A stretch of 64,000 bases of DNA. It comes from Alphaproteobacteria bacterium. GTDB taxonomy: Bacteria > Pseudomonadota > Alphaproteobacteria > UBA7985 > JAUIBT01. Position numbers and translations under genes: made by a program. This document shows positions 9,021-18,537 of this stretch, in pieces; within the stretch, counting starts at the first letter, position 1; each line of letters starts with the position of its first letter. The DNA lies in the NCBI GenBank assembly GCA_030428565.1, contig JAUIDR010000002.1:72658-136657 (forward strand), read 5' to 3'. Under the pieces are notes generated by a model. It had not been told where the DNA came from. It saw only the letters and a list, made by a program, of their open reading frames with translations, and ran no database searches.

Positions 9021-10546
9021 GCTTGCCCCCCTTGGCTCGCGGGCACGGCGTCTTGATGACTGCCCGTCATGACCAAACCAATACTCTCAGGCGTCCAGTC
9101 GTCGCGCGCTCGCGCCTCGGATAGCTCGCCCTCGTGCAACACAGCGATCGAATCGCAGATGTCGAACAATTCGTCCAGATCCTGGCTGATGACCAATAGT
9201 CCCGCGCCGGTTGCTGCCAGTTCAAGCATCGCTTGACGGATACGCTCGGCCGCCGCTATGTCCACGCCCCAAGTCGGCTGATTGACCACCAACAAACGCG
9301 GTGATTTCAACAGCTCGCGCCCCATGACAAACTTTTGCAGATTGCCGCCGGAAAGCGAGCCCGCCACGGCGCCAAGGCCCGGATGGCGCACATCGAATTC
9401 GTCGCTAATTTTTTGCGCCTCGTTGCGCAAATTGCCCCAAGAAATCAGGCCACGGCGCTGCATGTCGGGATCATGCAAGCTGGTCAGCAAGACGTTTTCG
9501 ACCAAACTCATTGAGACAACCGCCGCGTGGCCCAGGCGCTCTTCGGGCACAAAGGCGGCACTTTGCAGGCGGCGATCATTGGGACCAAGCGGGCCCAAAT
9601 CCTGGCCCTTGCCATGTTCATCGTACAGGGTAATGCCCGTTGAAAGGGCCTCTCCCGATAGCACGGCGAACAGATCGTCTTGGCCATTGCCAGCGACGCC
9701 CGCAACGCCCACCACTTCGCCCGCGCGAATGGTCAGGTCGTCAATCGTTACCCCGTCAGCGGAAAAGCCTTGAATTGACAGAACCGGCGCCGCTGCGCTC
9801 GCGCCTGCGTTCGCCTCTTTGCGGGTGACGCCTTGGACCCGGTGCCCGATCATCAGTTCGGCCAAGCTCTTGGGCGTCTCTTCGCGGGGATCGCAGTGCC
9901 CCACCATCTTGCCGCCCCGCAAAATCGTTGCGTTCGAGCAGAGATCGCGCACTTCGTTCAGCTTGTGTGAGATAAAGATGATGCCACGGCCCTCTTCGCT
10001 CATCGCGCGCAATGAGTGGAACAGATCGTTGGCCTCTTGCGGCGTTAGAACCGATGTCGGTTCGTCCAAGACCAACAAAGCGGGATCGGCCATCATAGCG
10101 CGCACAATCTCGATGCGCTGCTTTTCACCCGCCGACAACGTAAAGACGCGTGCGCGCGGATGGATGGACAGCTTATAGGCCGCTGCCGTCTCCATGACCT
10201 GGCGCTCAAAGGCCGGCGAAGCTGTCTGGCCGGGCAGGCCCAGAGCGATGTTTTCCAGCACGCTCATGCCCTCGAACAGGGCGAAGTGCTGGTGCACCAT
10301 GGCGATGCCTAAGGCTTTGGCGGCTTGCGGATTATGGATGTGTTGTTCTTGGCCTTGCCAGAAAACTTGGCCTTCATCGGGTTTCACGAGACCGGTTAGC
10401 ACCTTCATCAAGGTGGATTTTCCCGCCCCATTTTCACCCAATAGCGCGTGGATCTCGCCCGGCATAACCTTAAGGCTCACATCGTCATTCGCCAGCAAAC
10501 TGCCATAGCGTTTGGTGATGTGAGCGAGTTCCAGCAATGCTGTCAT
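9017..10546 (-). CDS. ABC transporter ATP-binding protein with duplicated nucleotide-binding domains
   Basis: 509 aa; two Walker A/signature sets (GENGAGKST ... LSAGEKQRIEI; second domain LSGGNLQKFV); typical of BMP/CUT2 systems. Confidence 0.85.
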   Translation of the reverse strand: MTALLELAHITKRYGSLLANDDVSLKVMPGEIHALLGENGAGKSTLMKVLTGLVKPDEGQVFWQGQEQHIHNPQAAKALGIAMVHQHFALFEGMSVLENIALGLPGQTASPAFERQVMETAAAYKLSIHPRARVFTLSAGEKQRIEIVRAMMADPALLVLDEPTSVLTPQEANDLFHSLRAMSEEGRGIIFISHKLNEVRDLCSNATILRGGKMVGHCDPREETPKSLAELMIGHRVQGVTRKEANAGASAAAPVLSIQGFSADGVTIDDLTIRAGEVVGVAGVAGNGQDDLFAVLSGEALSTGITLYDEHGKGQDLGPLGPNDRRLQSAAFVPEERLGHAAVVSMSLVENVLLTSLHDPDMQRRGLISWGNLRNEAQKISDEFDVRHPGLGAVAGSLSGGNLQKFVMGRELLKSPRLLVVNQPTWGVDIAAAERIRQAMLELAATGAGLLVISQDLDELFDICDSIAVLHEGELSEARARDDWTPESIGLVMTGSHQDAVPASQGGQA

Positions 10547-10760
10547 GCTCTAGCCCTGTCTATTGTTCTTGTGTTTTTCTTACTTATTTTTTTCTTCCCC
10601 CTAAGCGTTAGCCGCGTTTTCCCGGCGGGGCAAGGTCAAGCTTGACAAAGCGTCGCGCATATTTTGCCGGTTGAGATGCCGAAAATCCGCCGATCGGACA
10701 GCTGGCGACCGGAAAGAGGGCGGGCAGGCAAGTAGATTAACCAAGATAAGTAAATTTTGT

Positions 10761-10780
10761 TTCCATGTTAATTAATGGAA
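10761..10780. promoter_or_regulatory. inverted repeat TTCCAT-N8-ATGGAA in the divergent promoter region (candidate operator)
   Basis: ttccatgttaattaatggaa lies in the AT-rich 390-bp region between the ABC operon start (10546) and the fghA start (10938). Confidence 0.25.
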
Positions 10781-10937
10781 GATTTTGGCCTTTGTGGCCT
10801 CGATTTACGAAGCATTGCACCGCTCGCCAACCAAGGATTTTTGCGCTGGCATTTGCCGATGGTCGTGTTAGACCCGCCCCGACGCAGGCGACACGCTTGC
10901 CCTGCACCTTTGCGCCCCCTTTGAAAATGGAGCCCCT

Positions 10938-11777
10938 ATGAGCTTGTCCCTGGTCTCTTCCAACCGCTGCTTTTCGGGCACTCAATACATCTATCGCCAC
11001 GCGAGTGCTGCGACCCAGACCGATATGACCTTTGCGGCCTACATCCCGCCGCAAGCCGAAAAGGGCCCCTGCCCTGCCTTGTTCTTTTTGTCGGGCCTCA
11101 CTTGCAGCGAAGAAAACGCCACGGTCAAAGCCGGGTATCAGCGCCTGGCCGCTGAGCTGGGCCTGGTGGTGATTGCGCCCGACACCTCGCCGCGCGGCGA
11201 TACGGTCGCCAACGACGAGCGCTATTTCTTGGGCCAAGCCGCCAGCTTTTATGTCAACGCCACGCAAGACCCTTGGGCGGCGCACTTCCAAATGGAACGC
11301 TATATTGCTGAAGAACTCTACGATCTGGTTCTGGGTGCCCTGCCCGTTCAGGCCGGGAAAATTGGTATCACCGGCCATTCCATGGGCGGCCATGGCGCTC
11401 TGACTTTGGCGATGCGCCATCCCGAGCGCTTTGCATCGCTGTCGGCTTTCGCACCGGTGGTTGCGCCCAGCCAGGTCGAGTGGGGCCAGGTCGCCTTTGC
11501 GGCCTACTTGGGCGAAAACACTGACGCCTGGGCCGAGCACGACGCCTGCGCGCTGGTCCTCTCACGCGGTTGGAAAGGCGACATGCTAATCGATCAAGGC
11601 GACGCCGACGCCTTTTTGGAGACCAACCTGCGCACGCCCTTGTTCGAAGCGGCCTGCCAACAAGCTGGGCAGAGCGCGCAGATCCGCTATCAGCCGGGTT
11701 ATGATCATTCCTACTATTTCGTGGCCAGTTTCATCGAAGACCACATGCGTTTCCACGCCGAGCGCCTGACAGCATGA
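10938..11777 (+). CDS. fghA: S-formylglutathione hydrolase (esterase D family)
   Basis: 279 aa; characteristic N-terminus and serine hydrolase nucleophile motif GHSMGGHGAL; the length fits S-formylglutathione hydrolase. Confidence 0.8.
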   Translation: MSLSLVSSNRCFSGTQYIYRHASAATQTDMTFAAYIPPQAEKGPCPALFFLSGLTCSEENATVKAGYQRLAAELGLVVIAPDTSPRGDTVANDERYFLGQAASFYVNATQDPWAAHFQMERYIAEELYDLVLGALPVQAGKIGITGHSMGGHGALTLAMRHPERFASLSAFAPVVAPSQVEWGQVAFAAYLGENTDAWAEHDACALVLSRGWKGDMLIDQGDADAFLETNLRTPLFEAACQQAGQSAQIRYQPGYDHSYYFVASFIEDHMRFHAERLTA

Positions 11778-11788
11778 CCAAATCTAAG

Positions 11789-11836
11789 CCTGGCGGACCC
11801 CAGACCTGGCGAACCCCAAGCCGGGCAAACCCCAGG
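11789..11836. repeat. 3 x 16-bp degenerate tandem repeat (cctggcgaaccccaag-like)
   Basis: gcctggcggaccccaga / cctggcgaaccccaag / ccgggcaaaccccagg directly downstream of fghA. Confidence 0.5.
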
Positions 11837-11865
11837 CATAGGTCACAAACGGCTGGGCGACCTTG

Positions 11866-12591
11866 CTAAGGTTTGGTCGCTACAAGCCGCACCACCGAGG
11901 CCAAACCGCGGTGACGCTCGCCTTCTTCCAGCTCGATATCGACTTCACTGCCCTCTAATATCTCCAGGCCTTTGAAGTCCTCTTCCAGCTCGGCCAGGCT
12001 ATAAAGATAGTGCGGGGATTTGGGACCGCCTGACGGTTTGCCCAACTGATCGGGGCGAAACGCCTCTAAAATCAGCAGACCGCCGGGCTTGAGTGCGCTG
12101 GCGGCGGCTTGATGGATTTGGCGACGTAGGCAGTAATCGCGCTCTGGCGTCGAAGAAAAGTGCGCATAAATCAGCGCCACGACGTCATAGACCGGCCCTT
12201 CAGGCTGCCACTTAGAGACATCTTGCACGCGCGCATCAATGCTAACGCCGCGCTCTTCGGCTAGCTTTTTGGTCGTCTCAACACCAACTGGCGAAATGTC
12301 CAGGCTAAGGGTCGCAAGGCCGCATTCGGCCAGGAAGACACCATTGCGGCCATAGCCGTCGGCAAGCGCCACCGCGCGCCCTTCATCTGGAAAGCGCGAG
12401 GCGAAAGACGCCAAGAAGGCGTTGGGCGCTTGGCCGTACTCATAGGGCTTTTCAGAAAACACCCGATTCCAATGGGCTTGGACCTGCTCAATCGCGCTGG
12501 GGGTATTGCCGCTTGTCGGCGTCGGATTGGCGTCAGCAGACTGGGACTTGGCGTCAGAAGACTGGGACTTGGCATCCGGAAACTGGGTCAT
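11866..12591 (-). CDS. class I SAM-dependent methyltransferase
   Basis: Methyltransferase fold with a glycine-rich SAM motif (VALADGYGRNGVFLA); the N-terminus carries an in-frame 21-bp tandem duplication (DAKSQSS/DAKSQSA); start taken at MTQFPD. Confidence 0.6.
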   Translation of the reverse strand: MTQFPDAKSQSSDAKSQSADANPTPTSGNTPSAIEQVQAHWNRVFSEKPYEYGQAPNAFLASFASRFPDEGRAVALADGYGRNGVFLAECGLATLSLDISPVGVETTKKLAEERGVSIDARVQDVSKWQPEGPVYDVVALIYAHFSSTPERDYCLRRQIHQAAASALKPGGLLILEAFRPDQLGKPSGGPKSPHYLYSLAELEEDFKGLEILEGSEVDIELEEGERHRGLASVVRLVATKP

Positions 12592-12843
12592 TGCGGGGTC
12601 CTGTTCATGAGCGCTGGCAAAATGCGCTGCGCAAATATGAAAAGCGGCAAGCCAAGGGCTCACCGCTTCTGTTTGTGGCCAATTGCCAGTTATGACGAAT
12701 TGACAGAGCGCGCAAGATGGGCGCGGCTAATGGTGATGCCTAGAGCGTCGGTCGCTGGTGTCGCAACAGCCCATCCGCTCTAGCTGACTGATTTCTAACG
12801 CAAGTCCATGCTCACGCCTGTTGCCACTCGTTCGCGGCTTGCG

Positions 12844-14070
12844 CTAGGAACCAAAGCGCGCTTGCCACTCGGTTTCGATGCGCTCCATCCAGGCGGGGTG
12901 AGGTTCGCCAACGGCAGGGCCCAGGTCCACTTGCGCCGAGTCTGGCAACGCCGCGAAAGCCGCCGCATCGCCGCCGCTCAGCGCGGCCGTGTTCAAAACG
13001 CTCGCATCACCCCAAATCGCAGGGTCTTGCTTGCGCGCTTGGGCTTGAGCCGACATGAGGAAGTTGGCCACCACCTGGGCGGCTTCGGGCGAACCCGTAT
13101 TAAAAGGAATGGCGACGAAATGTGTGTTCGCGATGCTGCCGCTCGCAAGCCCGGCAGCGCGCACGGTCTCGGGCAATTGTTCGGCGATGATGAGGGCTGC
13201 GGCCTCAGTCGGCGTGAAAGAGACCATAATCGCTAGTTCGCCATCGTCTACCAGTTGGCGCATGGCCGGGCCAGAGGCCGGGAAACTGCGTCCTTGTCGC
13301 CACAAGTGGGGGTGCAGGGCTTCCAGATAGTCCCACAACGGCGCGGTCAGGCGGCTAAATGTTTCATCGTCGGGGGCCGCTTTGAGGGCCGCATCGTTGC
13401 CACTAAGTTCGATCAGGGCTTGCTTTAGGAAGGTCGAGCCCAAAAAGTCCGGTGGCAACGGATAAGAGAACTGACCCGGGTTGTCTTTGGCCCAAGCCAA
13501 CAGCCCCTGCAGATCGCTGGGGAAGCGGTCGATCACCGCGCTATCATAGATGAAGTTGAACTGAGCCATACCCCAAGGGGCTTCCATGCCATCGACCGGC
13601 ACGGTGAAATCCAAGCGCGTCGTTGGCTTGCCTTGCGTATCGACCAACTGATAGTTGGGCAGCGCTTCGCTGAAAGGGCCAAACAGCAAGCCGTTGCGCT
13701 TCATGGCGGCGAAATTCTCACCATTGATCCAGATGAGGTCGATTGCGCCATTGCTATCTTTGCCCGCCGTCTTTTCAGCCAACACAGTACTGACCGCGGT
13801 AGCGGTGTCCGACAGCTTAACGTGTTCCAAGGTAATGCCGTAATCCTGGCTGACGCGCTGGCCGACCCAATCGATGTAGGCGTTGATGCGCTCATCGCCG
13901 CCCCAAGCATTGAAAGCCACGGTCTGCCCGCGCGCCTTATCGGTGATGGCCTGCCACTGATCAGGGGTGAGGCTTTGGCTAGATTGGGCCTGCAACGGAG
14001 CCGCCAGGGCAAGGCTAGCACCCAGACCCAAAAGGACGGTCTTGGCAAAGGCTGGCAGAAGTGGTTTCAT
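12844..14070 (-). CDS. periplasmic ABC-transporter substrate-binding protein (family 1 / YnjB-like), orphan
   Basis: 408 aa with cleavable signal peptide (MKPLLPAFAKTVLLGLGASLALAAPLQA); solute-binding protein architecture; no permease or ATPase gene adjacent. Confidence 0.6.
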   Translation of the reverse strand: MKPLLPAFAKTVLLGLGASLALAAPLQAQSSQSLTPDQWQAITDKARGQTVAFNAWGGDERINAYIDWVGQRVSQDYGITLEHVKLSDTATAVSTVLAEKTAGKDSNGAIDLIWINGENFAAMKRNGLLFGPFSEALPNYQLVDTQGKPTTRLDFTVPVDGMEAPWGMAQFNFIYDSAVIDRFPSDLQGLLAWAKDNPGQFSYPLPPDFLGSTFLKQALIELSGNDAALKAAPDDETFSRLTAPLWDYLEALHPHLWRQGRSFPASGPAMRQLVDDGELAIMVSFTPTEAAALIIAEQLPETVRAAGLASGSIANTHFVAIPFNTGSPEAAQVVANFLMSAQAQARKQDPAIWGDASVLNTAALSGGDAAAFAALPDSAQVDLGPAVGEPHPAWMERIETEWQARFGS

Positions 14071-14212
14071 GATGGTGATGCTTCTTTTTATGATAGGTAA
14101 ATCTGATCTTCGTCAGCAATATGCAGGACTTATCCCACAGCCGACCCCTTGCTGGCCACCCCTTGCGGCCATTGCTTTCTAAGCTGTGATGGCGTGTGTT
14201 CTGCCTTGATCC

Positions 14213-14270
14213 CAGTGGATCTTTAGATTTCAGTGGATCTTTAGATTTCAGTGGATCTAAAGAATTCAGC
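14213..14270. repeat. 3 x 18-bp tandem repeat (cagtggatctttagattt)
   Basis: Two perfect copies and one degenerate copy in the SBP/MFS intergenic region. Confidence 0.6.
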
Positions 14271-14384
14271 GGTACTTAAGTTCCGTGTGGCTCTTTATAT
14301 TTTTTTGCCCCTTAGCCCCTGAGCCGCGCCATCGTCCTGATCGGGACGCCATCGCGCTCCAAACCCAAACGAAACGGCTCCTAC

Positions 14385-15590
14385 GTGTTGCGCCTCATTC
14401 CCTTTTCCTCCCCCGACCGCATCGCGGTTAGCGGCCTCTTTTTTCTCAATGGCTTTATCGCGGGCTCATGGTCGCCGAAGATCCCCGAGTTTTCGCACCG
14501 CTTGGGCCTGGGCGAGAGCTTACTCGGCTGGCTTTTGGTCGCGTTCGGCGTTGGGGCCATGGTGGCCATGCCCTTCACAGGCCTGGGTATTTCGCGCTTG
14601 GGATCGCGGCGTATGGCGCTGTGGCCTGCGGTATTGGCCTGTTGGGTCTTGCTGGCCTTGACGCTCAGCCCTTCGGCGCTTGTCGCCGCCCCTATCTTGT
14701 TTCTAACCGGCATGATTCTGGGCACCATGGACGTAGCCATGAACGCCAACGCGGTCGCGGTAGAGCGGCGTTTGGCGCGCCCGATCCTGTCCTCTTGCCA
14801 TGGGTTCTGGAGCTTGGGCACGATGAGCGGCGCGCTGATCGGCGCTTGGATGATCACCCAGACCGGTCTTTTGATACACGCGCTGGCGGTCGGCGCGGCA
14901 ACCACTGTGATCTTGCTCAATGTCTGGCGCTTCGTGTTGGCCGACCCCCACGGCGAAGCCGCTGAGGCACGCGAGACAGGCAGCAGCGCAGTCCCCGACA
15001 AACCGCGATCCCTACGCGGCCTATTGACCTCGCCCCTGCCCTACTTGCTGGGCGTCGTGGCGCTGTTTGCCATGGTTCCCGAAGGCGCCATTTTCGAATG
15101 GTCCAACTTCTACCTGCGCCAAGATTTTGGCAGCAGCGCGGAGGTCGCTGCTCTGGGCTTTGTCGCGCTGTCCGCGGCCATGGCCAGCGTGCGCTTTTTG
15201 GGAGATTATGTGCGTGATCGCTTGGGCGCGGTCGCGACGCTGCGGGTATCGGCGCTTTTGGCTTTGGCCGGTTTGGCGCTGGCCAGTACCGCCTCCCAAG
15301 CATGGCTGGCCGTTTTGGGCTTTGGTCTGACCGGCATCGGTCTGGCCAACTTGGTGCCCTTGGCCTTTGCGGCCTCAGAGAACCTGCCCGGACTGCCACA
15401 AGGTTTGGGGCTGTCGATTGTCGGCTTTGCGGCCTATGGCGGCTTGCTGGCCGCGCCGCCGCTGATCGGCATGATCGGTGAGCACTTCGGCTTTGCGCCG
15501 GTCTTCATGGGGCTGACCGCTTTCATGGCGGTGGTGGTGGCGCTGTCCAACCTAGCGCGTTATGCCGACAGCCATAAGAAGGAGGCCTAA
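14385..15590 (+). CDS. MFS transporter
   Basis: 401 aa, 12 predicted TM segments, MFS-like duplicated 6-TM organisation. Confidence 0.7.
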   Translation: MLRLIPFSSPDRIAVSGLFFLNGFIAGSWSPKIPEFSHRLGLGESLLGWLLVAFGVGAMVAMPFTGLGISRLGSRRMALWPAVLACWVLLALTLSPSALVAAPILFLTGMILGTMDVAMNANAVAVERRLARPILSSCHGFWSLGTMSGALIGAWMITQTGLLIHALAVGAATTVILLNVWRFVLADPHGEAAEARETGSSAVPDKPRSLRGLLTSPLPYLLGVVALFAMVPEGAIFEWSNFYLRQDFGSSAEVAALGFVALSAAMASVRFLGDYVRDRLGAVATLRVSALLALAGLALASTASQAWLAVLGFGLTGIGLANLVPLAFAASENLPGLPQGLGLSIVGFAAYGGLLAAPPLIGMIGEHFGFAPVFMGLTAFMAVVVALSNLARYADSHKKEA

Positions 15591-15783
15591 AGCGCGCCAC
15601 CGAGCCTCGCCGCTGCCCTTTGACTTACCACCGTCTCCATCGGCCAAAGCCAAGAGATGGTTCTGGCCGTCGATGGCCGCCAGATGCTGAGCCCATACAA
15701 TACAAAATCGGCATCATAAGATTGGCGAAAGCTGGCGCGCGGTTACGGCCAGCTCAACTGCAACAATAGTGGCCTGCTCAACG

Positions 15784-15828
15784 GCAACAAAAAAGGAGCG
15801 AACCGCCTGTTGTGCTGATCCGCTCCTA
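15784..15828 (-). terminator. Rho-independent terminator downstream of the zeta-subunit gene
   Basis: On the minus strand the hairpin aggagcg...cgctcct (7-bp stem) is followed by ttttttgttg; it lies about 50 nt past the stop of the 15877-16200 gene. Confidence 0.5.
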
Positions 15829-15876
15829 CCTTTGTCTCGCCCTAAGGCCTTGGCGGCCTGGTTGCAGCCAGAGGGC

Positions 15877-16200
15877 TTACATGAATGAGGCTTTGGCCTG
15901 TTGCTCGCAGTCCAGCAACTTGGTCTCCAAGTCCTGGTGGCTGTAGTCCAGCGAGGCCGCCTTCAAATCAGCATCGACCTTACGCAGTACATCCTCGCTG
16001 CCCTCTTCTTGGAAATCCGCCTTGATGACCTCAACCGCGTAGGCTTCCGCCTCGGCTTCCGATTTGTTCATCACGCTGGCGGCCCACAGGCCAAAGAACT
16101 TGTTGCGGCGCGCGGTGACCTTAAAAGCCATGTCCTGATCGTGGATATATTTTGCTTCGAACGCGTCGATGCGATCCTGAAGGGCTTTGGTTGAGCTCAT
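15877..16200 (-). CDS. F1Fo-ATPase inhibitor zeta subunit (DUF1476 family)
   Basis: 107 aa; KYIHDQDMAFKVTARRNKFFGLWAA closely parallels the conserved N-terminal inhibitory region of the Paracoccus zeta subunit; an alphaproteobacteria-restricted family. Confidence 0.7.
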   Translation of the reverse strand: MSSTKALQDRIDAFEAKYIHDQDMAFKVTARRNKFFGLWAASVMNKSEAEAEAYAVEVIKADFQEEGSEDVLRKVDADLKAASLDYSHQDLETKLLDCEQQAKASFM

Positions 16201-16699
16201 TGTCTGTTCTCCGAGTTTGGGAATAGGTCTTGGTTCTTATGTGGCAAGAATAATGAGCGCTGACAAGGCAGCTTGCAAGGCGCGTTAGCGCGCGCTGGGC
16301 CATCAAAAGCCCCTCAGCGACCATATGGCGCCGATGCCCTTTCAACGCTGACCGATCGCCGACTTTCGGGCAAAAAAAAAGGACGGCCCAAAGAGCCGTC
16401 CAAGTTCAGGGAGGAAACAGAAGATGAGAACAAGAAGTCGCTCATCAACTAAGTTCAAGATAGGCCTGTTTGCTTTTTCGCACAATCCCTGTACCTATGC
16501 GAATTCTGCAAGTCAGATTTGTTGCCCTCTCACAACGTGAGGCATTTTTGCCACAAGCAAGCCAAAACCTACATTCGAGGGCTTGAATATCGACGCGGGA
16601 CGCCCGGGTCGCGGTTTTGTGAAGACTTCGCCTTCTCAAGATCAGGCACCGAACGCTCGCTATAGTTCTAGACCATTTTGCGCGCCTTTGGGAGCTGCT

Positions 16700-17866
16700 A
16701 TGCCTGTTATTAATCGAACCGCGGACCTACAAACCGAGTTGACCGCTTGGCGCCACGACTTCCACCGCCACCCCGAACTAGCTTATGAAGAGCAACGCAC
16801 CGCTGATCTGGTGGCCTTGCGCCTAGAAGCCATGGGGATCGACGTGGTGCGCGGGTTGGGCGGAACCGGTGTGTTGGGCATTATCGAGGGCAAAGGGGTC
16901 AGCAGCACCCGAGCGGTTGGACTGCGCGCCGATATGGACGCCCTGCCAATTTTAGAGACCAGTGGCGTTGACTACCCGTCCGAAAATCCGGGGGTCATGC
17001 ACGCTTGTGGCCACGACGGCCATACCAGCATGTTGTTGGGCGCCGCGCGATTGCTGGCCGAAAACCGGAATTTTAGCGGCAAGGTCTACCTGATATTTCA
17101 ACCGGCCGAAGAAGGCGGCGCGGGCGCTGCGCGCATGATGGCCGACGGTCTTTTCCGCGACTATCCTATGCAAGCGGTGTTTGCGCTTCACAACCTGCCG
17201 GGCCTGCCCGTGGGAAACATGGCGCTGTGCCAGGGCCCGGCCATGGCGTCATCGGACACCTTTTATATGACCATCAGTGGACGCGGAGGCCACGCGGCCC
17301 TGCCCCACAAAGCCGTCGATCCGGTGCTGATCGCCAGCCAGCTCATTGTTGCGGCCCAAGCGCTGGTCAGTCGCCAAACCGATCCGCTGAAGTCGGCCGT
17401 CTTATCGGTTTGCCAGCTCGAAGCGGGCCACACCACCAATGTCATCCCGCAAGAGGTCAAGCTGGCCGGCACCATCCGCACCCTGGATCCCGACGTGCGC
17501 AGCGCGACCGTTGCTAGTTTTGAGCGACTGGCGACGAGCCTGGTTGACGGCTTCGGGGGTCAGGTGACGATCCAATGGGAAGAAGACGCCTATCCGGCCA
17601 CCATCAACCACGACAGCCAGATGGCCTTGAGCCAAAGGGCTGCCGAAGCGGTGGTCGGTCCTGAGCGCCTTGACACCAAGGCCCAGCCGCTGATGGCCTC
17701 AGAAGACTTTGCCTTCATGCTGAACGAAGTACCCGGCAGCTACGCCTTCCTAGGCAATGGCGACAGCGCGGGTCTGCACGACCCCGCCTATGTCTTTAAC
17801 GACGAAGCTATGCCCTACGGCGTCTCTTACTTGGTACGGATCGCCGAAGAGGCGCTTCGAGAATAG
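16700..17866 (+). CDS. M20D-family amidohydrolase (hippurate hydrolase/aminoacylase-like)
   Basis: Metal-binding HACGHDGH motif and overall M20D architecture; start chosen at MPVINRT (the annotated ORF begins upstream with low-complexity translation). Confidence 0.75.
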   Translation: MPVINRTADLQTELTAWRHDFHRHPELAYEEQRTADLVALRLEAMGIDVVRGLGGTGVLGIIEGKGVSSTRAVGLRADMDALPILETSGVDYPSENPGVMHACGHDGHTSMLLGAARLLAENRNFSGKVYLIFQPAEEGGAGAARMMADGLFRDYPMQAVFALHNLPGLPVGNMALCQGPAMASSDTFYMTISGRGGHAALPHKAVDPVLIASQLIVAAQALVSRQTDPLKSAVLSVCQLEAGHTTNVIPQEVKLAGTIRTLDPDVRSATVASFERLATSLVDGFGGQVTIQWEEDAYPATINHDSQMALSQRAAEAVVGPERLDTKAQPLMASEDFAFMLNEVPGSYAFLGNGDSAGLHDPAYVFNDEAMPYGVSYLVRIAEEALRE

Positions 17867-17938
17867 GCCGCTGAAGACCGAGGCGCTGGGGGCTTGCGCA
17901 CACAACTCGAAAACTCACCCCGGGAACTTAGCGCTGGC

Positions 17939-17978
17939 CCCAACTCGGGGCCCTAACTCGGGGTCCTAACTCGGGGCC
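17939..17978. repeat. 3 x 13-bp tandem repeat (cctaactcggggy)
   Basis: cccaactcggggc / cctaactcggggt / cctaactcggggc within the 670-bp nrdJ upstream region. Confidence 0.6.
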
Positions 17979-18537
17979 ACAGTGCAAGGCCGCCCCGATT
18001 CTGCCCCAAACACATCTTTAGGTCGCCCTGAGCGATGCGCGACAGCCAAAAGATGTAGAAACTTGCGATGCATTTTGGCCACTAGCCGAGTCCAAGACGG
18101 CAAGAAAAAAATTTAAAAATTTTCCCCCTGCTGACAAACGCGGTTGTCCCCAAAATCCACATCCAGCTAAGTGCTGAAAATCGCTCGCTTTTGGCTCTGT
18201 CAAGCCCCGGTTTTCAACGTCAGCTCGCGCGATTTCGGATTAATTCCACATAAACTCGTAATGACTCTTGCCAGAGCCGAGCCCCTATATGTAGACATCT
18301 CTTCCGCGCAAGGCCCTAGGTCTTGTGGTTGGTCGGCACCAGCGGTGCTTTGCCATTCTGAACATGAACTGGCATAGTAGCGGGCCGCGCGACCATCGTT
18401 TCGCAACCAAGACGAGTCCGCTGGCGGGCTGAAGTCTTGGCCAGCGATCCCGCTGATTAGAGACAAAGAGCCCCAGCAAATCAGGGGCCAGGTTTGTGGA
18501 ATCGGCCCCCTTGGGGCCCCGAATATGAGTAAAGATC

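Noticed and set aside
10737-11540. 267-aa minus-strand ORF overlapping fghA
   Set aside because: Antisense to the S-formylglutathione hydrolase gene, which has a clear serine-hydrolase motif. Compositionally Arg/Gly/Ala-rich.
17867-18537. Cobalamin riboswitch upstream of nrdJ
   Set aside because: I looked for a B12-box-like GCCAGGAGACC...GCC element and conserved stems and did not find a convincing match. Biologically, B12 riboswitches usually repress B12-independent RNRs, not nrdJ.
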